DNA of 63,692 nt, filler included, from Barthelona sp. PAP020 (GCA_040182905.1; 30 parts of 30 records of this genome joined end to end with filler, not necessarily neighbours in it); one strand, 5' to 3'. Counted from the first letter of the whole stretch, positions 43,498 to 55,894 are shown. The notes: generated from the sequence alone by a model not told the origin. Numbers and translations: made by a program.

Positions 43498-45003
43498 ATG
43501 ATGAATGATAAGAATGAAAATGACCTAAAAAAACAACCAATATTTGAAGAAGAGAAGGAAGAAGAAATCCCACCTTTTCCTCTTGAACCTGGAAAATATA
43601 CAATTGAATGGGAAGAAACATATCCTATCAATGATACGATTACTTTGCTTGAAAATCCATTTTCCTGTGATTCAACAAGTACAAATTTTTCTAGTACCTA
43701 TGAAAAACATATGAAGGTGATAAAAATATTTTTAAAAGGAAAATATTTACAATCTGAAGAAAATGAACCAATCTCTATTGAAGATATTTTGGAAAATTCT
43801 TCCAATGTGTGTGACATTATAAAATCTAATTGTTTTTGTGACTATGAACAACATATTCGTTTGAATGAGATTAAAAAGTGGTTTGATGAGATGAAAGTAT
43901 TCGAATATTATGAGAACGAATATAAACACGCCCGAAATTCGACTGATCCTTTTAATTTGGTAAAAAGTCCAGCTTTTATGAATAGAAATGCTTTAATATT
44001 AGCTTCTATCGATAAAATGACAGGATTAGTTTCTAGATATGTTCATGAACCTACTTTATATTTTCTTGATCTTTGTGGAGCGCCTGGTGGGTGGACTGAA
44101 TATATATCTTGGAAAAGATACATCCAAACTTTACAAAGACCCCCTAATTCTCCAATTCCTTTGTATGGCGTAGGGATTACTTTGCGAACTGGTTCACAAT
44201 TATGGGAAAAACGGTTCTTTAATTTGAACGTACAGACTGAAATCATTAATAAAGGGCTGGTTGAATTAACTTTTGGAAAAAATGACGAAACTGGATTGGG
44301 TGATGGAGATATCAGAAAAATTGCTAATATCAACTATTTAGGTGAAAGAGTACAGCTTCATTCTGAAGATGTGCATTTAATTGTGGCAGATGGTGGATCT
44401 GAGACATCGGAAGACTATCATATGCTGGAAATAGTAAATTTTGATGTAATCGTCTATGAAATCATTACTGGATTGATGTATTTGAAAGAAGAGGGTTGTT
44501 TATTGGTTAGAATGTTTGATATTCATTTGCCATTGACACAAACACTTATTTTTTTATTATCATTGGTTTTTCGTAGGACCGGTATAACTAAGCCCTATGC
44601 TTCCAGGAAAATATCTTCTGACATTTATATTTTATTTGATTCTTTTATGTTGAACAGAAACGATTCAAAGGAGAATGATCTCATCGAGAAACTTATTGTT
44701 CATTTAAGAAAATGTGTGATATTACACAATAAATATAGAGAAGAAAAGAAAATTTTAAGAAGCGTCACAAATTTTGAAAATATTGCAAAAGTTTGGCCTT
44801 CCTTTCAAGCAACTATGACAGAAACAATAGATAAAATTAGTGAAGAGCAATTAAAATCACTGGAAAATCTAAAGAAAAGCATGTTAGATCCTTCACTTTC
44901 CTGTCCAGTCAATATTATTCATAAAACTTCAAATGATTATCTTCAAAATTTAAATATCCCATTGACTAAACCAATTAATGTTAGAAGAAAAAAAAGAAGA
45001 TAA
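43498..45003 (+). CDS. Cap 2'-O-methyltransferase CMTR1-like (FtsJ/RrmJ fold) with degenerate catalytic tetrad
   Basis: FMNR, YFLDLCGAPGGWTEY, GDGDI, LIVADGG, KPYASR. Confidence 0.85.
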   Translation: MMNDKNENDLKKQPIFEEEKEEEIPPFPLEPGKYTIEWEETYPINDTITLLENPFSCDSTSTNFSSTYEKHMKVIKIFLKGKYLQSEENEPISIEDILENSSNVCDIIKSNCFCDYEQHIRLNEIKKWFDEMKVFEYYENEYKHARNSTDPFNLVKSPAFMNRNALILASIDKMTGLVSRYVHEPTLYFLDLCGAPGGWTEYISWKRYIQTLQRPPNSPIPLYGVGITLRTGSQLWEKRFFNLNVQTEIINKGLVELTFGKNDETGLGDGDIRKIANINYLGERVQLHSEDVHLIVADGGSETSEDYHMLEIVNFDVIVYEIITGLMYLKEEGCLLVRMFDIHLPLTQTLIFLLSLVFRRTGITKPYASRKISSDIYILFDSFMLNRNDSKENDLIEKLIVHLRKCVILHNKYREEKKILRSVTNFENIAKVWPSFQATMTETIDKISEEQLKSLENLKKSMLDPSLSCPVNIIHKTSNDYLQNLNIPLTKPINVRRKKRR

Positions 45004-45678
45004 CTATCTTTTGTTCCACACTTTTTTGTTGTCATATGGTTTTAATTCTTTCAACTTTTTGTTTTTATTCATCCAAAATGTTGCTTTAATTATTAATTAT
45101 TGTTTCTGAATAAAAAATCACAAGTTGTCACTTCTTTTTTTTTTTTTTTTTTTTTTTGATTTTTTTTTTTTTTTTTATCTGATTTATATTGTTGAAAAAG
45201 AAATTAGATGTCAAATGGGAAGGTAATTTTNNNNNNNNNNNNNNNNNNNNNNNNNNNNNNNNNNNNNNNNNNNNTTAATTAATTAANNNNNNNNNNNNNN
45301 NNNNNNNNNNNNNNNNNNNNNNNNNNNNNNATGAAGGAGAATTTAGAGATCAAATTGAGGACGCTTTGGATGTTAAAAGTCTTTTGAATGAGATTTTTGA
45401 TTAGTTTCAATCAGGAAAAAACAACAATTATCTGGCAATAAATTTTATGCTTTTTTATTTATCAAAATATTTAAATAAAGATCCCTTGTCCTCAATCCTG
45501 GTTTGAGTTTTTAAGAGTTAATGTCACTTTTGTTGTATCATTTCACTTTCACTATTGAGTGTAATACTTCTTTCTCAGTTTCAAAAATAGAAATTGAAGG
45601 TGCAAATAATTATTGGAATGGCGAAAAAAAAAAAAAAAAAAAGGAAAAGGAAAAGAATAGACATACAGACTAACTTTA

Positions 45679-46665
45679 TTAAACAAAATTATAGTGTTCA
45701 TATAAAGGAAGAACAAACGCTTTGAAAAACACTTCAACAATAGGAATCATAACTAAAACACAATCTAACCTATCAGTAAATCCACCATGTCCAGGGATTG
45801 AATGACCAAAATCATCAAAATCAAAAGCTCTTTTAAATAATGAACCAAAAAGTCCACCAAAAACAGTTAAAGTGGAAGCAAACAATCCTATCACAATGGA
45901 AAACACGTCAATATGAGTCAATTTCAAACCAAAACTCAAAGGACTAATCTCATCCAAAAATGGAACAGAACAATGAGTATAATCCTTAGAAAATGGATTT
46001 ACACGGCATGTCAAAACATTTAGTGTCATTAAATATCTTCCCAAAAAGATAGCAATCAAAGTCGTACAAATAAATGCACCAATAAAACCTTCCCAAGTTT
46101 TATTTGGGGAAACAACGATTAAGCTATGTTTTCCAAAGATCTTTCCACAAAAGTAAGCCATAATATCATTGGTAAAAACCAAAATCATGGGCAGTATAAT
46201 CCAAATCAATCCATATTGGAACATGTACATTGAACGTAAATAGAGTTCAATAATAATACCACTAGAAAAAATACCTAATATATAACAAGCATTATTTTTG
46301 AAAAATTTCTGGTCATCACATTGTAAAACAAAATAACTAATGATAATGAAGGAACCAACAACAATTAAAATTCTTAAACAATTAAAATACAAATCAGGTT
46401 GTTTGTAAACTTCACCAATAGTCTTTAAAACATGAAAAACTAATAAACCAATCAACAAACCATATCCTACAATTCTCAACTTCAAATTCTTCCCAATTTT
46501 TGTATTTTTAAATGAAATTTGAAATGATAAACGTTCTAATTCAATTCCAATAAATGTAATTACCAAATGAGTCAAGATAAAGAGCCCTAATGGACCAAAG
46601 GCAGCTCCAATACCAACACCACCTAGTAAAACAACAGCTCCAAATACTCGTTCCCCCAAAGTCAT
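45679..46665 (-). CDS. CDS: Phosphatidate cytidylyltransferase (CDP-DAG synthase)
   Basis: NDIMAYFCGKIFG, SPNKTWEGF, SLFKRAF...DFGHSIPGHGGFTDRLD. Confidence 0.95.
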   Translation of the reverse strand: MTLGERVFGAVVLLGGVGIGAAFGPLGLFILTHLVITFIGIELERLSFQISFKNTKIGKNLKLRIVGYGLLIGLLVFHVLKTIGEVYKQPDLYFNCLRILIVVGSFIIISYFVLQCDDQKFFKNNACYILGIFSSGIIIELYLRSMYMFQYGLIWIILPMILVFTNDIMAYFCGKIFGKHSLIVVSPNKTWEGFIGAFICTTLIAIFLGRYLMTLNVLTCRVNPFSKDYTHCSVPFLDEISPLSFGLKLTHIDVFSIVIGLFASTLTVFGGLFGSLFKRAFDFDDFGHSIPGHGGFTDRLDCVLVMIPIVEVFFKAFVLPLYEHYNFV

Positions 46666-46744
46666 TATTGTTCGACAATCAAAAAAACAATATAAATACT
46701 TTTTTCATTCTGTTTTTTTTCGACATTCTCCTTTGAGTTATATT

Positions 46745-47308
46745 ATGTCTTTATTTCATACTGGGGATATATGGAGTTGCGATGCCTTAATGAATGAAGA
46801 ATTTGGAGTTGATTCTTTTCAAATTTATGAACAACCTGACCAAGAATGTATTTGGATTTTTTTGTATGTTTAATTACTAATTTTCATAGCCAAAATAGTA
46901 GTTGGTTCTTTTCAAGGTATAGTTAAAGTTTATGAACCAAGTCGATCCAATTATAAAGCTGATCATTTAATTTTAGAGCAAAATTTGGAATTACCTGTTT
47001 ATCAAATATTAGTTGGTAAATTCTTACCACATTCTGATCAAAATGCAATTGCTTTTTTACATCCACGCAGTCTAAGTGTATTTTCGTTGGAAATTAATGC
47101 TTCTAAACTCGCATCTGGACAATATGCTTCATTAAATCTTCAATATCAACACGAATTACCAAGAAATTCTCATTCTATGATTTGTGGTCCTTTTGGAAAC
47201 AATGTAACCCATGATTTCATATGTGTACAATCAATGGATGGTGTGTGGTTTTTTTTTGACAGAGATAAACAGAGTTTTAATGTTTCTATGGGTTCTTATA
47301 TGGTTCCA
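46745..47308 (+). CDS. BBS9: BBSome subunit BBS9/PTHB1, one intron (46848-46889), 3' partial
   Basis: MSLF...W...EEF / KIVVGSFQG...LPVYQILVGKF...LHPR...GPFG...DFICVQSMDG; GT-AG intron removes an in-frame TAA. Confidence 0.9.
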
Positions 47309-47408
47309 NNNNNNNNNNNNNNNNNNNNNNNNNNNNNNNNNNNNNNNNNNNNTTAATTAATTAANNNNNNNNNNNNNNNNNNNNNNNNNNNNNNNNNNNN
47401 NNNNNNNN

Positions 47409-47536
47409 TTTCTCAATATTTGGGCAACATCTTCCAATAGAAACTTATTATACGACTCTATTTGTTGTTGAACCAATCCTTTCTCTGCAAAAAAAGCAGA
47501 AATGACTTTCCAAATATCTTCTTCAGGCAGATCCAT
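47409..47536 (-). CDS. RPB2: RNA polymerase II second-largest subunit N-terminus, 3' partial
   Basis: WKVISAFFAEKGLVQQQIESYNKF. Confidence 0.88.
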
Positions 47537-48260
47537 GAAAAAAAAAGGAGTTAACATTTTGTTGTCTTTATTTTTTTATTTTATTTGCAATTATTTTCAA
47601 AATTCAGTAAAGAAACAATATTCATTAATATCAATAGTTGCAAAAAAATGAAAAATTTATACCTAGAAAATTATCTCACACAAAATACATTACTTTTCTT
47701 TTAAATATTACTCAATAAATGTGTGTTGCAATTTTTTAATGAAATGCGTTGGTTTGTTGAAATATGAAAATCAAAAACACAGTAAATTAAATTAAATTAA
47801 ATTAAAGTAAATTAAATTAAATTAAATTAAAAAATCTGAATTCAATAATCGAAGCACAAAATGTAGATGTGATATAAAAAACAAAAGAAAACTTTATAGA
47901 AGGATAAAGTTCAGAATTACGGAAATTTAATTGTTTCTAAGAAAGATTTCCTTTTCATAATTAATTTCAATAAGACTTCAGAATTGAAAATCAAAATAAT
48001 TTATGGGAACACTTTGAATATTGAAAATCCCAAACATTCTATTTTTTTTTAAAAAAATTTCAAATAAATTGTTAAAAATTGAAATTGCCACGGGAAAACT
48101 TTTACACAGACTATAATTTACATAGAAAGTTTTGTAAAAAACAAACTCTTCAAATTGAAAAATAGAAAAAAGCACAAATTGAAAAAAAAAGGAAATTACA
48201 TTTTACAAATCTTTTTAATGATATGCCTATGGTTTAAAAGGTCTTATAATGCATAAAATT

Positions 48261-48647
48261 TTATTGAGGTGTAATCAATCGATCGAAAGTAGCTTGTTGT
48301 TGTTCTATGCAAGCCAACAAACTTTCCTTTTCAACCAATAATCTCTCTAACTCATGTTTTTTCAAAGTAATTTGTTTTTTTAATTGTAATTTTTGTTGTT
48401 CTAAATCTTCTTTTGCATATTGAATTCTAGTTCTGTAACCTATTGCTCTCGATTGTTCCTTTTCAACAAAATGACTAAAATCTTGAGTAACTTCAATTAA
48501 TTTGGCAATATCTTCATTGAAATTGGATGATTTTTTGACAAAATCAATACTTTGATCTTTAACATCCACAGTTTTGTCAAATAATTGTGGAGCAAGAACT
48601 CTTAATCGATGTTCATTATCAAATTGAATTTTTTCTTCGTTTGACAT
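48261..48647 (-). CDS. IFT20: Intraflagellar transport protein 20
   Basis: FDNEHRLRVL...F...VEKEQSRAIGYR...ELERL...ESL...EQQQ. Confidence 0.9.
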   Translation of the reverse strand: MSNEEKIQFDNEHRLRVLAPQLFDKTVDVKDQSIDFVKKSSNFNEDIAKLIEVTQDFSHFVEKEQSRAIGYRTRIQYAKEDLEQQKLQLKKQITLKKHELERLLVEKESLLACIEQQQATFDRLITPQ

Positions 48648-49482
48648 GTTTAAAATTAGGTTTTTTGAAAAAAAGAATTTTGACTTTTCCAAGTTTTGTT
48701 GTCCATTTTATGGGTTTTTTAAATCAAGATTTTTGAAAGAAACTCCTTTTTTCTCACAATATTTAAATTGCTTTAATTACTTAAAGAAAATATTTTTTCT
48801 ACTGATTGCAATTGATACTCAATTTATAAAATTAAATCTCTTCTTTGATTGTTTCTTTATTTTCAGAAAGTTTGGTTGCGAGAAAGTTTCTATTTTCTTT
48901 TCTTTCTTTTAACGGTTCAATTTCTATTTTAATTTAATAGTAAATACATGGACACCATTTTTTTCCCTTTTTAATAAAAAAATTCACAAATGAAAATGTT
49001 GAAAGTTTATCCCATTAGCATATTTGATTTTTTTTAAACAAGCTGTGATTCTTTTTTTGGTTCTGAATAATCAAACAAAAGTTCCAAAGATTATAAAAAT
49101 CTCTTTTGATTTGAATACCAAATCATCGTTTGGTTTTCTTCTTCTGAAAATAAAGAATCTCAAAAAAATTTTATTAAAGTTGAATTCATAAAAAACAAAA
49201 GTGTGAGTAAATCAAACTCTAAAATATGACAAAAGTAAAAAATAGCCTCTTTAGACAATAAACCAATATTGCTATTTATTTTACAAGTGTTGTAAAAGAA
49301 AAATATGTAATTTGATGAATGCATTAAAAAAAAAAAAAAAAAAGGGTTAAAATCCCTTTGAAAAAATTTTTTTTCAAAAAAANNNNNNNNNNNNNNNNNN
49401 NNNNNNNNNNNNNNNNNNNNNNNNNNTTAATTAATTAANNNNNNNNNNNNNNNNNNNNNNNNNNNNNNNNNNNNNNNNNNNN

Positions 49483-50484
49483 GTCAATAGAATTTTCTTC
49501 ATCACCATTTATATCATTAGCAGTATAACCAATCAATCTTGACTTAATACCAGATCTCAAATAATTGATAAAACCAATCATGAAAACAATAAGCAGGAAA
49601 AAAGTGAACACAGTGAAAAACCAGCTTGAGTTAAGGCTACCTAAAGAAAAATCTGTTGCTTTATCATATATATCAAACCCATTTTTGGCACAAGTGAGAA
49701 CCAAAAAGAAAAATGCAGTGAATAATAAATATTTAAATATTTTGACATATAAAATCAGGTCGTAGTACGACTTTAATATGTGACAATCAGGAGGTGATAA
49801 AACAGAATTGGTTTGAAACTTATTCCTCAAACATTGCCTGTAATGAGGTCTTCTGTTGGCAGCAGGTACAGGATTTAAATTATCGGTACTTGTTTCCTCC
49901 TCGCTTTGAGATATATTACTATCGTTATTACCTTGATCTTGTTTAAAATAATCAGTATCTTTTCCTTGAGCAACATCATCATATTCTACTGGTAAAATAT
50001 CCATCGATTCAGATGGTAAAATACCAAAGAGTGAAATAGCCATTCCTAAAGATAAACAGAATAAATATCCCAAAAAAAATATATGAGAATAACCTAAATC
50101 AGAAAAATTGACAAGATATTGTTCTATTTGTGTCATAAATACAAATAAGCTTAAGACAAAAATAATTAACATTAGAAGGGGAGATTTAGTCAATCTTTTA
50201 CGTTTATCACTCATATTAAAAGCATCACTTTCATCATCTCCACATATGTATCCAAAATTTAAATCTTTTCTCAACTTAAACGAATATTTCAATTTAAATC
50301 CATCAGAAATAGCCGCTTTGGTCATTTCAGATTCCTCAAATTTCTTTCTCTTTTTTAAATATGAGCTTACATACTCATCAAAATCCACTCCTCGACGCAC
50401 TTGTTGAATATTACTTTGACTTTTTTCTTTTGGAGAAAAAACAATACTTCTTTGCCGATTTAAATCTGATTGCTGATATGACAT
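49483..50484 (-). CDS. Multi-pass membrane protein of unknown function, 3' partial
   Basis: Four hydrophobic segments in a long ORF. Confidence 0.7.
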
Positions 50485-51145
50485 GAAAAATCGACAAAAA
50501 AAACTTTGTTATTTCTTTTTTTTTAATTTTATTATTGATCTCATTTATACATTTTACTTTAATAAAAAAACTAAACATGTACTTGTTGTTTGAAATAATT
50601 ATGAAATTATATTGAAATAGAGTCTTTTAAGATGGGTTATTTTCATTATTTTTGCTCTTTGGAAGAAATTTTTTTCAAGATCAAAAACATGATTAGTCTA
50701 ATTGAAAAAGATTTCTTTTCAAAATCTTTAAAACCTGGATTACAGTTTTCCATTTGGTAATCTGTTTGCATGAATAAATTTATTTATTTATTTCTGATTT
50801 TTAACAACAAATTTCTTGTTTCAAGAAAAAAGAATTCTTTTTTTGATAATTCCTGAACCTTTCATTTGTACTAGTTTAATAAGTGAAACAGGATGAGAAG
50901 TTCATTAAAACAACTTCACTTTATTGCTACAAAAGTTGAGTTCAAGAAAACATTTGGATCTGTTTTTTTTTTGAATTCAAAGTATCTATGTACAAAATAA
51001 CACTGTGGGTTTGAAAAAATATGTTAAGGTGGATTAAAAGATATGAATATTTTGGGTGTTTAAAATTGTAAGTTTGTTTATTAGTCATTAAATGTTTTAT
51101 ATATAAATAAATAAAGAAAAAAAATATTTATTTATTATAAATTAA

Positions 51146-51438
51146 TGTGGAAGTTCATGCTCAATGAACGGAATTTATTGGAGATATAAAGAGGTCATCA
51201 AATATCACTTCCTTTATTTATTGTTTCTTGACCACCTTTAGATCCAATTTTTTAAGTTACTTGGGCATCTGAATCCACGTGAGTTTTTCCCAAACCTTAA
51301 GCTAACTCGTTTCGTTGGTCATTGAACAACTCACACCTCATAATTATTTCCAAGCCAAGAAGCACTGTGCGTATGAGTGAATAAAAAAGAATAGTGTTTA
51401 TTTGGTTAAAGGCTTTCGAGGCCCGATTGATCTGTTGA
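51146..51438 (+). repeat. Family A copy directly abutting a family B terminus
   Basis: ...CACACCTCATAA/TTATTTCCAAGCCAAG... Confidence 0.9.
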
Positions 51439-51707
51439 NNNNNNNNNNNNNNNNNNNNNNNNNNNNNNNNNNNNNNNNNNNNTTAATTAATTAANNNNNN
51501 NNNNNNNNNNNNNNNNNNNNNNNNNNNNNNNNNNNNNNTTATAAAGGGCATTCAGTTCACGAACTAAACTCAGATCAGGAATTGACAAACACCAACTAGC
51601 CAACCTTCTCATCCTATAATCCTTGTAAAAGCTTTTATAATCATTTTCTGTTTTGCATCTTGAATTGCGAAACTCGATCCTGTTTCCTTCAGAAGAAATT
51701 TAAAAAA

Positions 51708-51781
51708 CACCGGTACTGGGACTCGAACCCAGAATCCTCAGATTAGAAGTCTAATACCCTATCCAATTAGGCTATACCGGC
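51708..51781 (-). tRNA. tRNA-Arg(TCT)
   Basis: Reverse complement GCCGGTA...TTAGA-CTTCTAA-TCTGA...GGTTCGAGTCC...TACCGGTG, followed by T6. Confidence 0.96.
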
Positions 51782-51952
51782 ATATTGAACATCTAATTTT
51801 AAATTTTAAAGTTATATTTGGTAAGAATTCCCTCTAAAGAGTTATTGTGCTCAAAAAATAGAGAGCAAAACGTTTATTCATTAATTTGAAAAAGAAAAAA
51901 AAAAGACAATCAAAACTTTAAAATACATTTATTTTACAAAAATAATGACATT

Positions 51953-53493
51953 TTACACACGACTAAGGTCCACCATTTGTTGATTGAGTTTTCTCAATTG
52001 ACTCTTTGCCTTCTGAACTTGAGGATAAGTAGAAGGAAGATTTGAAACTTCTTGTAAGGTTCTTCTGTATTGTTCAACCAACTGTCTGTGTCTTTTACGA
52101 AGACTGAACAAATCTGTGGTTAGTTTCAAATTCTCTTGGTTATCTTGTGGGTTTTCTGATTGAATTTTTTCCATTTCTTTTTTTTGAACTGATATAATAA
52201 CTTGTAATTTGTTTATTTCATTCAATTGTTCACTTAATTCAAACTTTAATTTATTAATAGTTTCTATCTTTGTTTCTATTGTATCATGAGCTTTATTCAA
52301 TTGATTTAAAACATTCAAAAATTTTCCTTCATTTTGCTTTGAAGAATCTGTTGATTTTAATTTCAAATTTTCTTTATCTTTTTCCAATCTTTCCAAATAT
52401 TGCATTTTTCTCAAAATATCATCACCAACTTTGGTTTCAGCGTCTTCTCTTAAATCATTAATATCTCTTTGCAATTCTTCAATCAAAATTTTGCTTTCAT
52501 ACAATTGTTTATCCCTGATTTCAATTGATTTTCTTAAATTTTCATTTTGATTTTCCAATTCAACCAATTCTTTCTTTGTTTTGTTTAAATTGGTCAATAA
52601 TAGTTTATTTTCATCATTTATGAATTGAACATTTTTGATTGTTTGTTGATCTTGTTTTAATTTTGCAATTTCAGTTTGATTTTGAATGTTTAGTGTTTGG
52701 TATTCCTTTATTTGGTCTTGTAAATCTTCTGTCAATTGAATTCTCAATTTTAAAGATTCTTCAACCTCTTTTTTTTCTTCACTTAGGATATCAAGTTTAC
52801 GCAATGCAACATTTAATGCTTTACGTTTTGATTCAATATTTTCAGTCAATTTGCTAATACGATTGGTATTTTCAGCAATTTGTTCCGTATAATTTTCAAT
52901 TTGAATGGAATATTCACGGAGTTTTTGCTCATTTTTTTTCTTCAACAAAATTATCTCATCATTCAATGTTTGAATTAAATCTCCATGGTTCTTTTCAATA
53001 ATTGGAGACTCTTTTCTTAAGGGTGACTGAATAAAAGTTGCTTCAATCACTTCAGAAGAATCTTCATGAATTTCCCCATTCAAACTTGAATCGATCTCTG
53101 GTTTATCTTTAACGTTGGGTTCTGCCACTTTTAAACTGTCATTCTTGTCAAAAGAAACAGCTTCTTGAACTTTTTCAACATCATTTCTTTCTTTTTTCAA
53201 CTGATTTTTCAATTCATGATTTATTCTAACCAATTTTAAACGTTCTTTTCTTTCTTCTTCTAATTCTCCATAAATTCGATTCATATTTTGAACATCAATT
53301 GTCATGTCTTTCAATTTTTTATCTTTCTTTTTGTTATCATTTTCTAAATCAACGCAATGTAAAGTTAATTTCTTGAATTCTTTTTCATTACGTTCATTTG
53401 AACTCTCCAAATCAATAATCTGATCTCTCAAAATTAATAACTCAGCTTCCATATCATGCATCTTTTCTTTCATATTGTTGTTGTCATTTTTTA
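51953..53493 (-). CDS. Long coiled-coil protein, 5' partial
   Basis: >500-aa heptad-rich ORF open to contig end. Confidence 0.85.
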
Positions 53494-53593
53494 NNNNNNN
53501 NNNNNNNNNNNNNNNNNNNNNNNNNNNNNNNNNNNNNTTAATTAATTAANNNNNNNNNNNNNNNNNNNNNNNNNNNNNNNNNNNNNNNNNNNN

Positions 53594-53775
53594 TCAAATA
53601 TATGTTCTATAGATATATTTGATGTGGTTAATGGGACTATGGTTAAATGTTTGGAGGCTTGATTCGATTTTCTCATCTTATCTAAACGTTTTTTACGTTC
53701 CTCTTTAATACGCATCTTTGTTTGATTTTTTCGAACTTCTTTGAAATTTTTCGCTTGTTTCTTAAAGGTTACCAT
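53594..53775 (-). CDS. Basic N-terminus, possibly pre-rRNA processing factor TSR1, 3' partial
   Basis: RKNQTKMRIKEERK...KHLTIVPL resembles the TSR1 N-terminus. Confidence 0.45.
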
Positions 53776-53910
53776 GATAAAGAAATTTTATCTTTTCCTT
53801 ATTTTTTTTCTTTTCCTTAATTTTTTATCATAATTCTTTATTCTATTGAAAAATCATTTAAAATAAAAACAAAGAGGGAAAAATTTGATGTTAATTGTTT
53901 TTTTTTTTAG

Positions 53911-54273
53911 ATGTCTGAAAATCCAAAAGAAAAACCTTTAAACACAGTATTTTTATGCTCAAAATGTAGAGCTCCATTATTTTCAGATCAACATCTTTAT
54001 GAACATGAAAAAGGAGAGGGTTTAAAAACTAAAAATCAAAAAAAGAACTACGAAACTGATAATGAGATTGTTTGTAATTCATATTTTATAACGGAAGAAT
54101 TGTATTGGATAGATTACACGGAACAATTTGGTAATCTTCATTGTCCTAAATGCAATGTACGTGTTGGTGATTTTGCTTGGGGTGGAATGCATTGTTCATG
54201 TGGAACATGGGTCATGCCTGCATTTAAAGTGAAAAAAAAATCAGTTTTACCCATGAGTTATGAAAAAAATTAA
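53911..54273 (+). CDS. Stand-alone DUSP12/Yvh1-type zinc-binding domain protein
   Basis: CSKCR.PL...H...CNSYF...W...G.LHCPKC..RVG.FAWGG.HCSCG.WV.PAF. Confidence 0.9.
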   Translation: MSENPKEKPLNTVFLCSKCRAPLFSDQHLYEHEKGEGLKTKNQKKNYETDNEIVCNSYFITEELYWIDYTEQFGNLHCPKCNVRVGDFAWGGMHCSCGTWVMPAFKVKKKSVLPMSYEKN

Positions 54274-54506
54274 CAAAAAATTGGAGCAAAATGGCAAATT
54301 TGTTGTCAACAAAAAGCGCATCACATATAAAATTTCCAAAAAATAAGTATTTTTAGTTGAAAAATCTTTGGATATTCATAAAACACAAATTTTCAAATTT
54401 TTTTTTTTTTTACCTGCATTTTTCCTCTTACACTTTTTTTTTTTCACTTTCACCCACAAAAATAAAAATCCATAATTTACATGTAATTTAACAATGATAT
54501 ATATGA

Positions 54507-55237
54507 TTACCTATTGTTGATGGTAATAACATAACCACCAGGAGGTGCAGGGGGAGTAATGATCTCAGACGAGGGATGTGTGATCTTAAACACAACCAAA
54601 CCAATAATAGCTACTAACAAAATAAAAAGCAAAACAACAGTGAACTTATCCGAGACAATGGTTTGGAAAAAATTTCGGATTTGAGTTCTAGCAATAGATG
54701 TCTCATCCTCAACTTCATCCATTCGATCCATGGCATTCTCCAATCTAGCTGTATTTGCTTTCAACTTGTCTAAATTGGTAATTGACTCATCAATCACATC
54801 ATTAGCCAATCGAGCAATTCTATGTGCTGCATCTGTGTCCTTTTTGGCAATTTCATGAGTCAAAGAAGTAACTTGACCTGCTGTTAGATCACCAATATTT
54901 ATTGCTGTACTTTTAGTTGGACCAGATAAATTATTATATTCAGTTTCAATCTGTTGATAAAATTCTTGAATTTCATGAAATTCTTTGATGATTTTAACGT
55001 TGGAACTATGATCATCAACAAAAACTTGAAGAGTAGAAAAAGTAACACCAACATCTTCCCATCTATTCTTAATATCCTTATATAACTATAATATTAGTAT
55101 AAAAATAAACGTAATTTCATCAATACCATTTTTGCTCCACCAGAAGATAAATCCAATGACCTGTATTGTTTCATTAATCGAGTCATATCATTTAAACCCT
55201 CATTGAGTTGATCGAACCAAAAATCTGCGTCAGCCAT
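54507..55237 (-). CDS. Qb-SNARE, NPSN-like; one intron (55086-55126)
   Basis: Splicing joins a 37-codon exon to a 193-codon exon in frame; SNARE heptads then VSDKF + TM + KITHP. Confidence 0.8.
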
Positions 55238-55894
55238 GGGAAAAAAAATTACAAATGGATATTTTTATCTTAACTTCAATTCACGTTCTCACATTCAAAT
55301 TTTTAAATTTTGACTGTATTAAAACAAGACAATCTTTATTTGATTTTTATCAACAAAAAAATTAAAACAGAATTGGATTTTGCAGTTTCAACCAATTAAA
55401 AAAAAAGAATCAATGAAATATTTATCCAAACATCAATAAACCAAATTATTGATCTGGATTTGTGTATGCAACTGCTGTTCTAACTTTGTGAATTTTTGTG
55501 TCAATGGTTCTAAGGGAAACTAATTGAGCATTTTTAATCTCTTTNNNNNNNNNNNNNNNNNNNNNNNNNNNNNNNNNNNNNNNNNNNNTTAATTAATTAA
55601 NNNNNNNNNNNNNNNNNNNNNNNNNNNNNNNNNNNNNNNNNNNNGTTTATTTTATTAACTAACGAATCAAATAATCCTGAGTACCAGCATCTCGGAATTT
55701 AAGGAATAACAAAAGGGGAAAAGTTCCCTCGGAAAAATAAAAGAATTATTTCAATAATGTAATTAGATCAAGTTATAAAAAGAATTATATTATTCACAAA
55801 GAAAGCAAACCAAAAGATACATGTCAGGAGATTATTTCCAAGTCAAGAAGCACTGTGCACTGTACACATAAGTGAATAAAAATTAATGGTGTTC

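Noticed and set aside
47783..47830. (TAAAT)n tract as a telomeric repeat
   Set aside because: Short, internal and unique in the window; an ordinary AT microsatellite
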